Source: Mobula hypostoma
Lineage: Eukaryota
Assembly (NCBI RefSeq): GCF_963921235.1
Contig: NC_086108.1
Coordinates: 52,330,001 to 52,394,000, forward strand
Direction of reading: 5' to 3'
DNA: 64,000 nt
Within the stretch, counting starts at the first letter, position 1, and each line of letters starts with the position of its first letter. Of the stretch, positions 39,051 to 51,697 are shown piece by piece. The notes beneath the pieces were generated by a model, which had not been told where the DNA came from, did no database searches, and worked only from the letters and a program-made list of their open reading frames with translations. Position numbers and translations under genes: made by a program.

Positions 39051-41061
39051 AAAACACAAAATAATCTGCAGATACTGTGATCAAAGCAACATTTCAGTAC
39101 GCTGGATGAACTCAGCAGGTCGGGCAGCATCAGTTAGAAACGATGAGTCGACGTTTCCGGCCGGAACCCTTCGTCAGGACTGAAGAATGAAAGATGGGGA
39201 AGGATTTGAAGAATGTCAGTTGAAAAACCAGTAATTTGAAAGACAAAGAGGTGGGGGAGGGGGAAGCATTGACATCATAGCCCTGAAAACAATGGGTGGT
39301 AGAAGGAGGAGGCAGAACCATGAGGGAGCTGGGGAAGGGAGTAGAGTGAAACAGGGATAGAGGAAGGGAGGGGGAGGGAATTACCAGAAGTTGGAGAATT
39401 CTATGTTCATACCAAGGGGCTGGAGACTACTTAGACGGTATATGAGTTTAGCCTCATCATGGCAGTAGAGGAGGCCACGTATGGACATATCTGAACGGGA
39501 ATGGGAAGTAGAGTTGAAGTGGGTGGCTACCGGGAGATCCTGTCTGTTGTGGTGGACGGAGTGGAGGTGCTTGATGAAGCGGTCCCCCAATCTGCGTCGG
39601 GTTTCACCGATGCAGAGGAGGCCGCACCGGGAGCACCGGATGCAATAGATGACCCCAACAGACTCACAAGTGAAGTGTTGTCTCACCTAGAAGGACTGTT
39701 TGGGGCCCTGAATGGTTGCAAGAGAGGAGGTGTAGGGACAGGTGTAGCACTTACGCTTACGGGGATAAGTGCCGGGTGGGAGATCAGTGGGGATGGACGT
39801 GTGGATAAGGGAGTCACGGAGGGACCAATCCCTGCGGAAAGCGGAGAGGGTGGAGAAGGAAAGATGTGCTTAGTGGTGGGGTCCTGTTGAAAGTGGCGGA
39901 AGTTGCGGAGAATAATGTGCTGGATCCGGAGGCTGATGGGATGGTAGGTAAGGACAAGGGGAACTCTGTCCCTGTTGTGGTTGCGGGAGGATGGGGTGAG
40001 GGCCGAAGTGCGGGAAATGGAGGAGATGCGGGTGAGGGCATCATTGATGACGGTAGAAGGGAAACCACGATCCTTAAAGAAAGCGGACATTTGAGATGTC
40101 CTGGAACGGAAAGCCTCATCCTCAGTGCAGATGCGGCGGAGACAGAAGAACTGGGAATAGGGAATGGCATTTTTGCATGTGGTAGGGTGGGAAGAGGTAT
40201 AGTCGAGGTAGTTATGAGAGCCAGTGGGCTTGTAGAAGATGTCAGTGGACAGTCTGTCTCCAGAGATGGAGACCAAGACATCGAGAAAGGGGAGAGAAGT
40301 GTCCGAGATAGAGCAAGTGAACTTGAGGGCGGGGTGGAAGTTTGAAGTAAAGTCGATGAAATTGACGAGCTCAGCATGGGTGCAGGAAGCAGCACCAATG
40401 TAGTCATCAATGTACCGAAGGAAAAGTTGGGGAGCAGTACCAGAATAGGTTTGGAGCACAGACTGTTCCACATAACCAACGAAGAGGCAGGCATAGCTGG
40501 GTCCCGTGCGAGTTCCCATAGCTACACCCTTAGTCTGAAGAAAGTGGGAAGAGCCAAAAGAGAAGTTATTAAGTGTGAGAACCAGTTCCGCCAACCGGAA
40601 GAGGGTAGTGGTGGTGGGGAACTAGTGAGGTCTATTACTTACCACTGGAACAGGACCCCACCAAAAAACATCAAACCATTGTCTCCCGCACCATCACCAC
40701 CCTTATCAGCTCTGGAGACCTTCCATCCTCAGCCGCTAAACTCATTATTCCCACACCCCGTACCGCTTGGTTTTACCTCCTCCCAAAGATATGTCCCGGT
40801 AGACCCATAGTTTCTGCCTGCTCCTGTCCCACCAAACTTGTATCTGCCTACCTGGACTCCATTTTGTCACCCATAGTTCAGTCCCTCCCCACCTACATCC
40901 GGGATACATCCCATGCCCTCCAACTCTTCAATAACTTCCAATTCCCCGGTCCCAAATGCTACATTTTTACTATGGATGTCCAATCCTTATACACCTCCAT
41001 TCCCCATCAAGAAGGCCTCAAAGCCCTCCGCTACTTCCTGGATAATAGACCTCACCAGTTC
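39051..41061 (-). mobile_element. Penelope-like element (RT + GIY-YIG) with inverted 5' segment at about 40635-41061
   Basis: ORF 39683-40594 has KGVAMG and RYIDD; ORF 39381-39686 is the GIY-YIG domain; upstream RT motifs (RPIVS, FTMDVQSLYTSIP) are on the plus strand. Confidence 0.92.
39146..39181 (-). ncRNA. Minimal type-I hammerhead ribozyme with one stem II mismatch
   Basis: Minus strand: agtc CUGACGA a GGGU uccg GCCG GAAAC GUC gacu; core intact, first stem II pair is G/G. Confidence 0.75.
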
Positions 41062-43159
41062 TGGATAAGGGGTACTCAACATGCATAAAGTATGTTTGTT
41101 CATGTGTTTATGTTACCACTTTCTACATGAATGAGTGAGAAAATAATGAAACATTTCCTCCTAACTCACTTTTCATCAGTAAACTTAGATTCATTACTGT
41201 TTTATTATATTGCACCCAGTGAAATCATAATTTTAATTTTTTAAAAATCTTGTATGCTTCATTTCCTTCTACTGATTATGCCAGTTAATATGCTGTGTGA
41301 TTCAGTATTAAAGCATTATGGTCTTTTCCAAAAGCACTTACTAGAGATTTCTCTCCATGGTAGCTCACTGCAAGGGTCAAAGTTTTTGTCCTCATCTGAA
41401 CCGTGGCAAGAGCATCTATTGTACTGTGCAAAAGACTTAGGCACATGTAAAAAAAAATTCTGTAAAGCAAAGATACTTTCAAAAATAATGAGGTTTAAAG
41501 TTTCTAAATATCAAAACAATTACTATAAAGAGCAGTAAACAGTAAAAAAAACACTAAATTGAATCAGTATTTGGTGTGACCAACCTCTCTCTGCCTTTAA
41601 AACTGCATCAATTCTCTTAGGTACACTGTTGTGCAGTTTTATCAGAAAATCGGCTGGGAAGTTGTTCCAAGCATCTTGGAGAACTTGCCACAGTTATTCT
41701 GCAGACTTGGGCTGTCTCACTTGCTTCTGTTTCTCCAGGTAATCCCAGATAGCTTCAATGATGCTGAGATCCAGGCGAAGTAGAGGCCATAGCATCTATT
41801 GCAGATCTCTTTGTTCATCTTTTTGCTGAAGGTAGTTCTTTATGATCTTGGCCATGTGTTTGGGGGTCATTGTGCTGCTGCAGAGTGAAGTTGGGACTGA
41901 TCAGATGCCTCCCTGATGGTATTGTGTGATGGATGAGAATCTGCTTGAATTTTTCAGCATTGAGGATTCAATTAATTCTGACTAGTTCACCAACTCCATT
42001 TGCAGAAATGCAATCCCAAATCTGCAGGGAACCTTCGCTGTGCTTCACTGTTGGCTCCAGACACTCATCATGTAGCACTCTCCAGCTCTTCCATAGACAA
42101 ACTGCCTCCTGTTTGAGCTAGAAATTTAAAATTTTGACTCATCAGTCCAGACCACTTGCTTACGTTATTCAGCATCCCAGTCCTTGTGTTTTTGTGCACA
42201 GTTGAGACTCTTGGCTTTGTTTCCACTTCAGAAGAATGGCTTTTTGCAGCAACTTTTCCATGAAGACCACTTCTGACCAGACTTCTTCAGACTAAAGAGG
42301 GATGTGCTTGGGTTCCAGTGGTTTCTGTGAGTTCAGAGCTGATAGCAGTTCCGGAGGTCTTTCAGTTTAGAAGGGACATCAGCTTGTTGTATCTCTGATC
42401 TGTTGCACAGTGTCTCTTCAGAAGAGCTTGGACAGCACATCTTGAAACTGCTGTATACTGTAAAATTTATGCTTGGGAGAGACCTTGCTGAGGCAGGATG
42501 ACCATCTTGTGTCCTGTTGCTATACTCACTCTTGTTATGGGGTAAGAATTGATGATTTGAAGGTTAAATTGTCACATCTATCAAACCCTCATCTTTTAGT
42601 TTGGTTGTCCATTGCCCAATTTGATTCCTTCTACCACCTGTTTCTGTTTCAGTCAATCAATTCAGTTCAGTCAACTCATTATGTCATTGATTAATAGCAC
42701 CTGTTTATTATCTTTGTTTAATCATGCACTGGACAAAGATATAGCTACAAAGTAATCAGGTTTTTATTATTACTTAATATGTTACTTTCTATAACAAAAT
42801 ACAAAAATGACAGTGTTACATTTTTTGAAAAATATTTACTGCCTGTTATGCCACTGGCATTTAGGGCAACAATGAAGGTCCCCCATCTGTCTGTCTGTCC
42901 TTGGCCACTTTCTCTATTGTGCCCCAGGTGCGTCAGGGTCCTCAGTTTTGTCTCTACGGTACAGTGCCAAGTTGCCTTTGGTCTCCCATGTTTCCTCCGC
43001 CCTTCAGGGGTCCAATGAAGTGCTGCCTTGATGATGCCCTCTCTTCTCATCATGCGCCCAATCTATTTCCAACGTTTCCTCATGATGATTGTGGACATGT
43101 CCTCTTGATGACACTGGAGGAGTAGAGCATGGTTGGAGATCTTTCTCAGCCAGCAAATA

Positions 43160-45600
43160 AGACCATACGACCAGAAGATAGAGGAACAGAATTAGGCCAT
43201 TTGGCCCATCGTGTCTGCACTGCCATTTCATCATGGCTGATCCAATTTCCCTCTCAGCTCAAATCTCCTGCCTTCGCCTTCTCCCTGTATCACTTCATGC
43301 CCTGACCAATCAAGAATCTATCAACCTCTGCCTTAAACATAGAGACTTAGTCTCCACAGCTGCCTGTGGCAATAAATTTCACAGATTCACCACTTTCTGG
43401 TTAAATAAATTCCTGTTAATCTCTGTTCTAAAAGAATACCCCTCTATTCTGAGGCTGTGTCCTCTGGTCTTAGATTCTTCCATCACAGGAAACATCCTCT
43501 CCACATCCACGCTAACAAGGCCTTTCACCATTCGATAAGTTTCAATGCAGTCACCCTCATTCTTCTAAATTCTAGTGAATACCGGCCCAGAGCCATCAAA
43601 TGCTTTTACTATGACAATTCATTCAATCCTCGAATCATTTTCGTGAACCTCCTTTGAACCTTCTCCAGTTTCAGCACACCCTTTCTAAGATGAGGTGCCC
43701 AAGACTGCTTACAATCCTCCAAGTGAGGCTTCAACATTACACCCTTGCTTTTATATTCTTGGTCTTTTGAAATGAATGCTAACATTGCATTTGCCTTCCT
43801 CAGCACAGACTCAACCTGCAAATTAACCTTTAGGGAATCATGCACATGTACCTTTGTACATGTACCTTTGCGCCTCCATTTTTTAATACTTGCTCTCCAT
43901 GTAGAAAATAATCAATCCTTTCACTTCATCAACCAAAGTGCATGACCAAACACTTTCTGATACCGTTTTCCATCTGCCATTTCTTTTCCCATTCTCCCAA
44001 TCTAAGTCCTTCTGTAGCCTCTCTACTTCCTCAAGACTACCTGCCCTTCCACCTATCTTCATAGTCTACAACCTTTGCAACTGAATCATCAATTCCATCA
44101 TCCAATCATTGACATATAACATAAAAAGAATTGGTCCCAACACGGACCACTGTGGAACATCACTAGTCACTGGCAACCAATCAGAAAAGGCTCTCTTTAT
44201 TCCTACGCTTTCCCCCCTGCCAATCAACCACTGTTTTATCCATGCTAGAATCTTTTATGTAATACCATGGGCTTGTAGCTTGTTAAGTAGCCTCATGAGT
44301 GGCACCTTGTCAAAGGCCTTCTAAAAATCCAAGTACACAACATCAACCAATTCTCCTTTGTCTATCCTGCTTGTTATTTCTTCAAAAGATTCCAAAAGAT
44401 TTGTCAGGCAAGGTTTACCCTTGAGGAAACCATGCTGAATATGGCCTATTTTATTATATACCTCCAAGTACCCTGAAACCTCACTCTTAATAATCAATGC
44501 CAACATCTTTCCAACAACTGAGGTCAGACTAACTGGCCCATAGTTTCCTTTCTTCTGCCTTTCTCCCTTCTTGAAGAATGGAGTGACATTTGCAATTTTC
44601 CAGTCTTCTGGTACTATTCCAGAATTTTCTGATTCTTGGAAGGCCAATACTAATGCCTCTACAATCTCTTCAGCCATCTATTTCAGAACCCTGGGGTGTA
44701 CACCGTCTGGTCCAGGTGACTTATCTACCTTCAGACCTTTTAGTTTCCCTTCTTTCTAGTCACAGTAACTTCACAAATTTTATGACCCTCTGACACCTGG
44801 ATGTTCCATCTTACTGCTAGTGTCTTCCACAATGAAGACTGATGCAAAGACTTATTCAGTTCATCTGCCATTTCCTTGTCTCCCATTACTACATCTCCAG
44901 CATTTTTTTCTAGCAGTCACCTCTCTTTTATGTTTTATGCATCTCAAGAAACTTTTTGTATCATCTTTAATATTATTGGCTAGCTTACTTTCATTTTCCA
45001 TCTTTACCTTAATGAGTATTTTAGTTGTCCACTGTTGGATTTTGAACGATTCCCAATCCTCTGACTTCCCACTAATTTTTGCTCCATTATATACCCTCTC
45101 TTTGGCTTGTATGTTGGCTTTGACTTCTCTTGTTAGCCACGGTCGTGTCATCTTGCCTTAGAATACCTTTTCCTCTTTGGGATGTAAATATCCTGTGTCT
45201 TCTGAATTGTTTCCAGAAATTCCAGCCAATATCCCTGCCTGTGTTCTTTTCCAATTAATTCTGGCCAGCTCCGCTTTCATGACTCTGTAATTCCCTTTAC
45301 TCCACTATAATACTGATATAAATGACTTTAGCTTCTCCTTCTCAAATTTCAGGATGAACTTGATCATATTATGATCACTTTCTCCCATGAGTTCTGTTAC
45401 CTGAAGCTCGCTAATCAGTTCTGGTTCATTGTACAACACCCAATCCAAAATAGCCAATCCACCAGTGAACTCAACCAATTCACAGGCACTCTAGAAATCC
45501 CCCCTCCTGTAATCCAGCACCAACCTGATTTTCCCAATCTATCTACATATTGAAATCCCCCCCATTACTATCGTAACATTGCCCTTTTGGCATGCATTCT
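43160..45600 (-). mobile_element. CR1 LINE, 5'-truncated, inserted in the RTE
   Basis: PEDWKIANVTPFFKKG, QHGFLKGKPCLTNL, DVVYLDF motifs; tandem tail at 43160. Confidence 0.92.
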
Positions 45601-48600
45601 CTAAAAAAAAAAGGAGGATTTTCCCAAGGTTCTTGGTGTGGAATGATGACAGCTTGGCAAGGTTGTTCTCTGTCATGTGCCAGCATTCTGACCCATACAA
45701 GAATGTGACCAGAACACAGCTCTGGTACAACTTCACCTTGGTGTGGACACTGTACTAGGTTGATCTCCATAGGTTGTTCATTGATCTGAAGATGTTTCTC
45801 GCTTTGCTATGTCGGCACTGAATGTTGTCCTTGGTCCCACCATCCTGCCAAATGATGCTGCACACGTTGATGAATTTGTTGGTTCTGGGTAAGTTGATGT
45901 CATATGCCTTGGTGGGAGAAGGAGACTCTACATTGAGAGTCATGGTCTAAGTCTTTCTCTGGATGACTCTGAGTCCAATCTGTCCACCAAAGGTGCAAAG
46001 GCACTGAGTTTTCTCTTGCACGTGCTGGTACGTATGTGATAGTAACACGAGACCATCCACAAAGTCAAGGACTTCTAAAGTGGAGAATAGAGTACACCTG
46101 CTGCCTCTCTGTTTATCTTTCTTTCTTTGCCTCATAGCCCAGTCAATTACCAAGTTAAATAGTATCACTGACATCACAAAGCCTTGTCTGCTTCATGTCT
46201 TGACTTAGCACTCCTTTCTTGGGGATCCTCACAATAACTCCCCTTGTCTAGTTCTTGGGTACTGGTCCCCAGTCCCAGCTTATGGTAAACAGTGGTTGCA
46301 GAGTGGCTGTTGCAGCTTTTGGTTCAGCTTTGAACAGTTCAGCATTCAAATTCTCACGTCCTGGAGCTTTGTTCTTCATATGGTATTTGTCTATTCAGTA
46401 ATTCTCTGAAATACTCTGTCCATTGTGCTTCTTGCTCCTTCTAGTTGTCAAAGGCAGATTGTTCTTATCTCTCATGGGACTATTCGATCTGGCCTGGAAC
46501 ATTTTGCTTATCAATTTTGAAATCTTGTATACATTTCCCAGATTTCCTCGATTGGCTGCTGCTTCAGCCTCCTTGGCAAGTTCTTCCATGTAGACTCTCT
46601 TATCCTTTCTTACAAATGCCTTCACTTTCTTGTTAGCTTCAGTGTATGCTAGCTAAAGGTTCACCTTAAGTCATGTTGACTTTGCATCTAACAGTGTCTT
46701 AATTTTCTGTCTTTCTTCTAAGGCTGCCTATGTTTCCATTCTTTGTTCTTCTTTCCAGCTCTGTATCCCAGACAAGCCTCGTTGCACTCCTTGAAGACTG
46801 GGGCAATCAATTCCCACATTGTGTCGATCTTGTCTACTGACACATCCTTGTCAAGGTCTTGCAAGGCCTGGGATCTGTTCTTAAGGTGAATGATGAATGC
46901 AGATCTCACACTGGTTTCCTTGAGCTTTTCAACATCAAAACTTCTTTGTACATGTGTTCTGGTCGCAGTGCTTCTCAGCTTGAGTTTCATCATTGCTACA
47001 ACAAGGTGGTGATCACTTCCTGTATATGCTCCTCTCTTCACTTTTACATCCTGTAATGATAGTCTCCATGTATCATTGTTCATTAAATAGTCACTCTGGT
47101 TCTGTAGACTCTACCTCCGATTGCAGTTGTTCATAGAAGACATCATTTTCTTCAATGTCATTATCGTTAGTTGGAGCACAGCACTGACTTCCTTTTCAGT
47201 GTGACTCTCCTCAGCCTACTGTCGCTACATTTACTTTTGTGGAACAATCTATGTTCCGTGCCTATTCTGGTATCTGTCCCCCACTTTTCCTTCACTACAT
47301 CCACTTTTGTGGAACAATCTATGTTCTGTGCCTATTCTGGTATCTGTCCCCCACTTTTCCTTCGCTACATCGACGACTGCATTGGCACTGCTTCCTGCAC
47401 GCATGCAGAGCTCGTTGACTTTATTAACTTTGCCTCCAACTTTCACCCTGCCCTCAAGTTTACCTGGTTCATTTCCGACACCTCCCTCCCCTTTCTAGAT
47501 CTTTCTGTCTCTGTCTCTGGAGACAGCTTATCCACTGATGTCTACTATAAGCCTACTGACTCTCACAGCTTTCTGGACTATTCCTCTTCTCACCCTGTCT
47601 CTTGCAAAAACGCCATCCCCTTCTCGCAATTCCTCCGTCTCCGCCGCATCTGCTCTCAGGATGAGGCTTTTCATTCTAGGACGAGGGAGATGTCTTCCTT
47701 TTTTAAAGAAAGGGGCTTCCCTTCCTCCACTATCAACTCTGCTCTTAAACGCATCTCCCCCATTTCACGTACATCTGCTCCCACTCCATCCTCCCGCCAC
47801 CCCACTAGGAATAGGGTTCCCCTGGTCCTCACCTACCACCCCACCAGCCTCCGGGTCCAACATATTATTCTCCGTAACTTCCGCCACCTCCAACGGGATC
47901 CCACCACTAAGCACATCTTTCCCTCCCCCGCCTCTCTGCATTCCACAGGGATCGCTCCCTACACGACTCCCTTGTCCATTCGTCCCCCCCCATCCCTCCC
48001 CACTGATCTCCCTCCTGGCACTTATCCGTGTAAGCGGAACAAGTGCTACACATGCCCTTACACTTCCTCCCTTACCACCATTCAGGGCCCCCAAACAGTC
48101 CTTCCAGGTGAGGCAACACTTCACTTGTGAGTCAGCTGGGGTGATATACTGCATCCGGTGCTCCCGATGTGGCCTTTTATATATTGGCGAGACGCGACGC
48201 AGACTGGGAGACCGCTTTGCTGAACACCTACGCTCTGTCTGCCAGAGAAAGCAGGATCTCCCAGTGGCCACACATTTTAATTCCACATCCCATTCCCATT
48301 GTGACATGTCTATCCACGGCCTCCTCTACTGTAAAGATGAAGCCACACTCAGGTTGGAGGAACAACACCTTATATTCCATCTGGGTAGCCTCCAACCTGA
48401 CGGCATGAACATCGACTTCTCTAACTTCCACTAATGCCCCACCTCCCCCTCGTACCCCATCTGTTACTTATTTTTATACACACATTCTTTCTCTCACTCT
48501 CCTTTTTCTCCCCCTGTCCCTCTGAATATACCCCTTGCCCATCCTCTGGGTACCCCCCCGTCTTTCTTCCCGGACCTCCTGTCCCATGATCCTCTCGTAT

Positions 48601-48723
48601 CCCTTTTGCCTATCACTTGTCCAGCTCTTGGCTCCATCCCTCCCCCTCCTGTCTTCTCCTATCATTTTGGATCTCCCCCTCCCCCTCCCACTTTCAAATC
48701 CCTTACTCACTCTTCCTTCAGTT

Positions 48724-48759
48724 AGTCCTGACGAAGGATCTCGGCCTGAAACGTTGACT
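48724..48759 (+). ncRNA. Minimal type-I hammerhead ribozyme, partly degenerate
   Basis: agtc CUGACGA aggaucucggccu GAAAC GUU gacu; core intact, GUU triplet, weakened stem II. Confidence 0.7.
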
Positions 48760-48825
48760 GCACCTCTTCCTAGAGATGCTGCCTGGCCTGCTGCGTTCAC
48801 CAGCAACTTTTATGTGTGTTGCTTG

Positions 48826-49671
48826 TGTTACGAGAATACACATAAAATTAAGATGTTTGCTGGCCTGGGCTAGCATCAGTGGCATCAGCAGTTGGTCTGC
48901 CACCTGCCCTCAGGGGAAGGAGAGATAAGGAACAATGGAGCAGCGTCTGGAGATGTGTAATGAAGGAACGGGGGAGAGAGAGAGCTGTCTGGAGCGGCTC
49001 CCCTCTTTGAACCTTGAACTGTTTGAAGTGATGGACAGGCGATACCCCAGCAGGGAGATAAAAAGGGACAGGTTCGCTAAGGCTGGACACACGCCACCCG
49101 AGGTAACGAGACCCTGGAAGTGGTGCGCCTCTCACGAGTGGGTGAGAAGTATCAGACAACGACCAGGGTGGAAAGGTACGATCAGCGGGAACCCAGTGTG
49201 TGTCCGCCCTTGCCTGGGTGCCGGGTTCACTGCAGAGGATCGACCGCATCTGGAGGAGGGGTCACAGTCGGTGACCTCAGGTGACATCACCAAGGACCCG
49301 CCCAAAAGTTGCTTGTGAGCAATATCGCCGGTCTGTGAGTGAAGCAGTGTTCTGAATGATCAGTTGTTCCTGTTCTCTCTGTCTCTTCCCCCACCTTGTC
49401 CATCGCCATGGCAACGATTACTGCGAACTGAACTTTGAGTCACTTGGAAATTTGGTCATTTACCCCTAGACAACGATAGAGCTTGATTGATGCTGTTATC
49501 TTAATTCTGTGCACATGAGTGGTTATCATTGCTGAACTGTTGCATTTATTATCCTTTCGATTACTGTGTTGCTTATTTCTTTAATAAAACTTTCTTAGTT
49601 CTAGTACTCCAGACTCCAACTGAGTGATCCATTTCTGCTGGTTTGGCAACCCAGTTACGGGGTACGTAACA
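48826..49671 (+). mobile_element. Solo LTR, 846 bp, same family as 35037-35897
   Basis: TGTTACG…CGTAACA ends; perfect 4-bp TSD cttg. Confidence 0.92.
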
Positions 49672-51697
49672 CTTGAATTTCAGCATCTGCAGAATTCCTG
49701 TTGTCAGCCTACTGTTAATTGGTTTCCACTTCTCAAGGCCTTTCTTCAAAATGACAGCTACACCATCATGACGCTGACTATTTTCATTTCCTGAGTATAA
49801 AACTGTTTCACTAGTTGCTGTTTTCAGTCTGCAGAATTTGTCCATCTGCTTTCATAGACACTCAGTATATGCAGGCTGGAATGATGCATTTCTGCAGTTA
49901 TTTGTGCTAGCTTGCCAGTGTTGTACATTCCAGAAACCGACTTTGGTCTTGATCTTGGCGGTGTTCAGGGTTTTCTTCATTATGCCAGTAGCTTCCTCTC
50001 GGCGTTCACCACTGTCAGTCACGTAAATCCCAGTTAGAGACTCAGGAATACCTACACAGGTATAGAAGGATTCTTCATTGCTGTTTCCCTAACAATTTAT
50101 TTTTTGACCAGTCAGGGTTGTTAGCCCTGAGCTGAACTGAACCTGGAGGACAGGCAGACCACTCTTAGTCTGGCCTCTACCCATTGATCTGTTTGGCATG
50201 GGTGACCCTACCAAGAGTCAAAGCACAAGACCCTGACTCCAGCCAACGTAGCTCTCCAGATTATTGAGCCATGCAAGCCTCCAAACCCTATGACAAGGTT
50301 GTGGTCATCTTGCGGGTTTTTGAAAAATGAATGTTTGGAAATCTAAAATTTGCTCTTTCCTACTGACATACTAATGCCGAAGACTAAAAAAAATTATTAA
50401 AAAATCTCAGGTGCCTCAGATTTTTGCACAGTACTGTGTGAAGAGGGTGCTTTCTACAGTCTAGGCTACCTTAATTGATTCAGTTATTTTTCGCCTTAGC
50501 TCCAGCAAGTGGACTGATTTGTCCAGACACAAATTATGATTAAAACCATGGCAGCGAGCAGACCTGAATGACATTCAGACTTGAATTCAAGTCTGGACTA
50601 ACGTCACAGGTAATATGTACTCCATTAAATGACATGCACTAATCAAATACATGTCCTCCTAATCTCTCAGTCTCACATCTTGGAGATTCCCATTGACTAA
50701 TGATATCGAAACCAAAAATTAACATGGCTTGAAAATCCAAGTCAGAAGCTGGATACATAATGGCATGTGAGTCAAAATAGCATTCCGCAAACCATTTCAC
50801 AAGTGTGGCTGACTATTTTTCACTTGTCTAAATTATCATAGCTCCACATAATCCAAAATAAAACAGCTCTTGCGAGGCTGCAGCTGCCCTGAAGAACAAA
50901 CTCTAGCAGTATGGACTGCAGATTCTCATTACAACCAGCAGCAGTCCGGACCAGCCGATGGCATTAACAAGCTACAATGAAGCAACCACTGTGGGATTAA
51001 AGGTAATAGTGGAATCATAAATGAGCAAAAACAGAAGTCAGTGCCATTCCCTCCTGGCTAATGCTTCACCAATCCTATTAATTTGTTACAGAATGGATTA
51101 CTGGAGTGCTATAAATATGGTATTCAGAACAAACAAGACTGCAGTCTGTATATACATGCTGTTAAATTGAGCTTTCTCAGGAAACATTCAGACATTGTGT
51201 TTCCACAGCACTTCAGTGACTTGCTGGCTTCTCCCTGTGCTCCTAAGGTAGACAGCGCATCGGGTGCTACATGATGGCAATTGCATTCCGCCATTTCTAT
51301 ACTGGAAAGTAGAGATTTTAGGCTCCATGCAAAGACAAGCAAGATTAGAACTGAACTGAACTAAATGCATTCATTGTTGCGGTAGGAGAAGTGTGCTGGA
51401 AGGAAGCAAGAAAACAGCTAACAGGAAGTGACAAGACAATGCAATAAGTAATCCAAAGAGTGTGAATTTTAAGCTCTAGCTGTCATGTACTTGAAACTTT
51501 TGTAAGTGAGCAAAGGCAGGCAATTGGAGATTATGACTGCATCATGATTGGCATTAAGTTCCAGCATTTTGGAAGAGTTAATGATGGGAAAAGCTGGTGT
51601 CATCTCAAATTAATAGTAGAAAATTATGACACATCCACTATGAGATATTATATATGTAAAATATTAATTTTCTTATTGATGAAGGAACCAGATAGTA

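Larger units (their letters stand above)
38292..41083 (-). mobile_element. Tigger4/Zombi-like DNA transposon remnant hosting a Penelope insertion
   Basis: TIRs cagattgagcatcccttatcca / tggataaggggtactcaacatg; minus-strand CENP-B HTH remnant ELKIEGDCEFSAGWLQKFKKRQG near 38.8 kb. Confidence 0.8.
47223..49703 (+). mobile_element. Penelope-like element inserted in the RTE and interrupted by a solo LTR
   Basis: Perfect 12-bp TSD tcagcctactgt (47211-47222 / 49704-49715); RYIDD RT and GVIY…YIGET GIY-YIG domain separated by a frameshift. Confidence 0.93.
42834..50316 (-). mobile_element. RTE-clade LINE with both ends, decayed, inserted in the Tc1
   Basis: Perfect 12-bp TSD tttttgaaaaat (42822-42833 / 50317-50328); APE motifs (LYSG, GVAVIL, SDHHLV), RT (LFNLVIDW, LDFVD) and C-terminal ALHWTPEGRRKHGRPKATW. 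Confidence 0.9.
41419..50436 (-). mobile_element. Decayed Tc1 DNA transposon, outermost layer of a nested stack
   Basis: TIRs gtactgtgcaaaagacttaggcac / gtgcctcagatttttgcacagtactg; degenerate transposase-like sequence at about 41.6-42.5 kb. Confidence 0.8.

Noticed and set aside
47171..48434. Functional Penelope ORF or host gene
   Set aside because: 5'-truncated, frameshifted between RT and endonuclease, and its apparent start comes from flanking RTE sequence.
35037..49671. The two LTRs as ends of one 14.6-kb provirus
   Set aside because: Each LTR has its own distinct 4-bp TSD and no gag/pol of that class lies between them.
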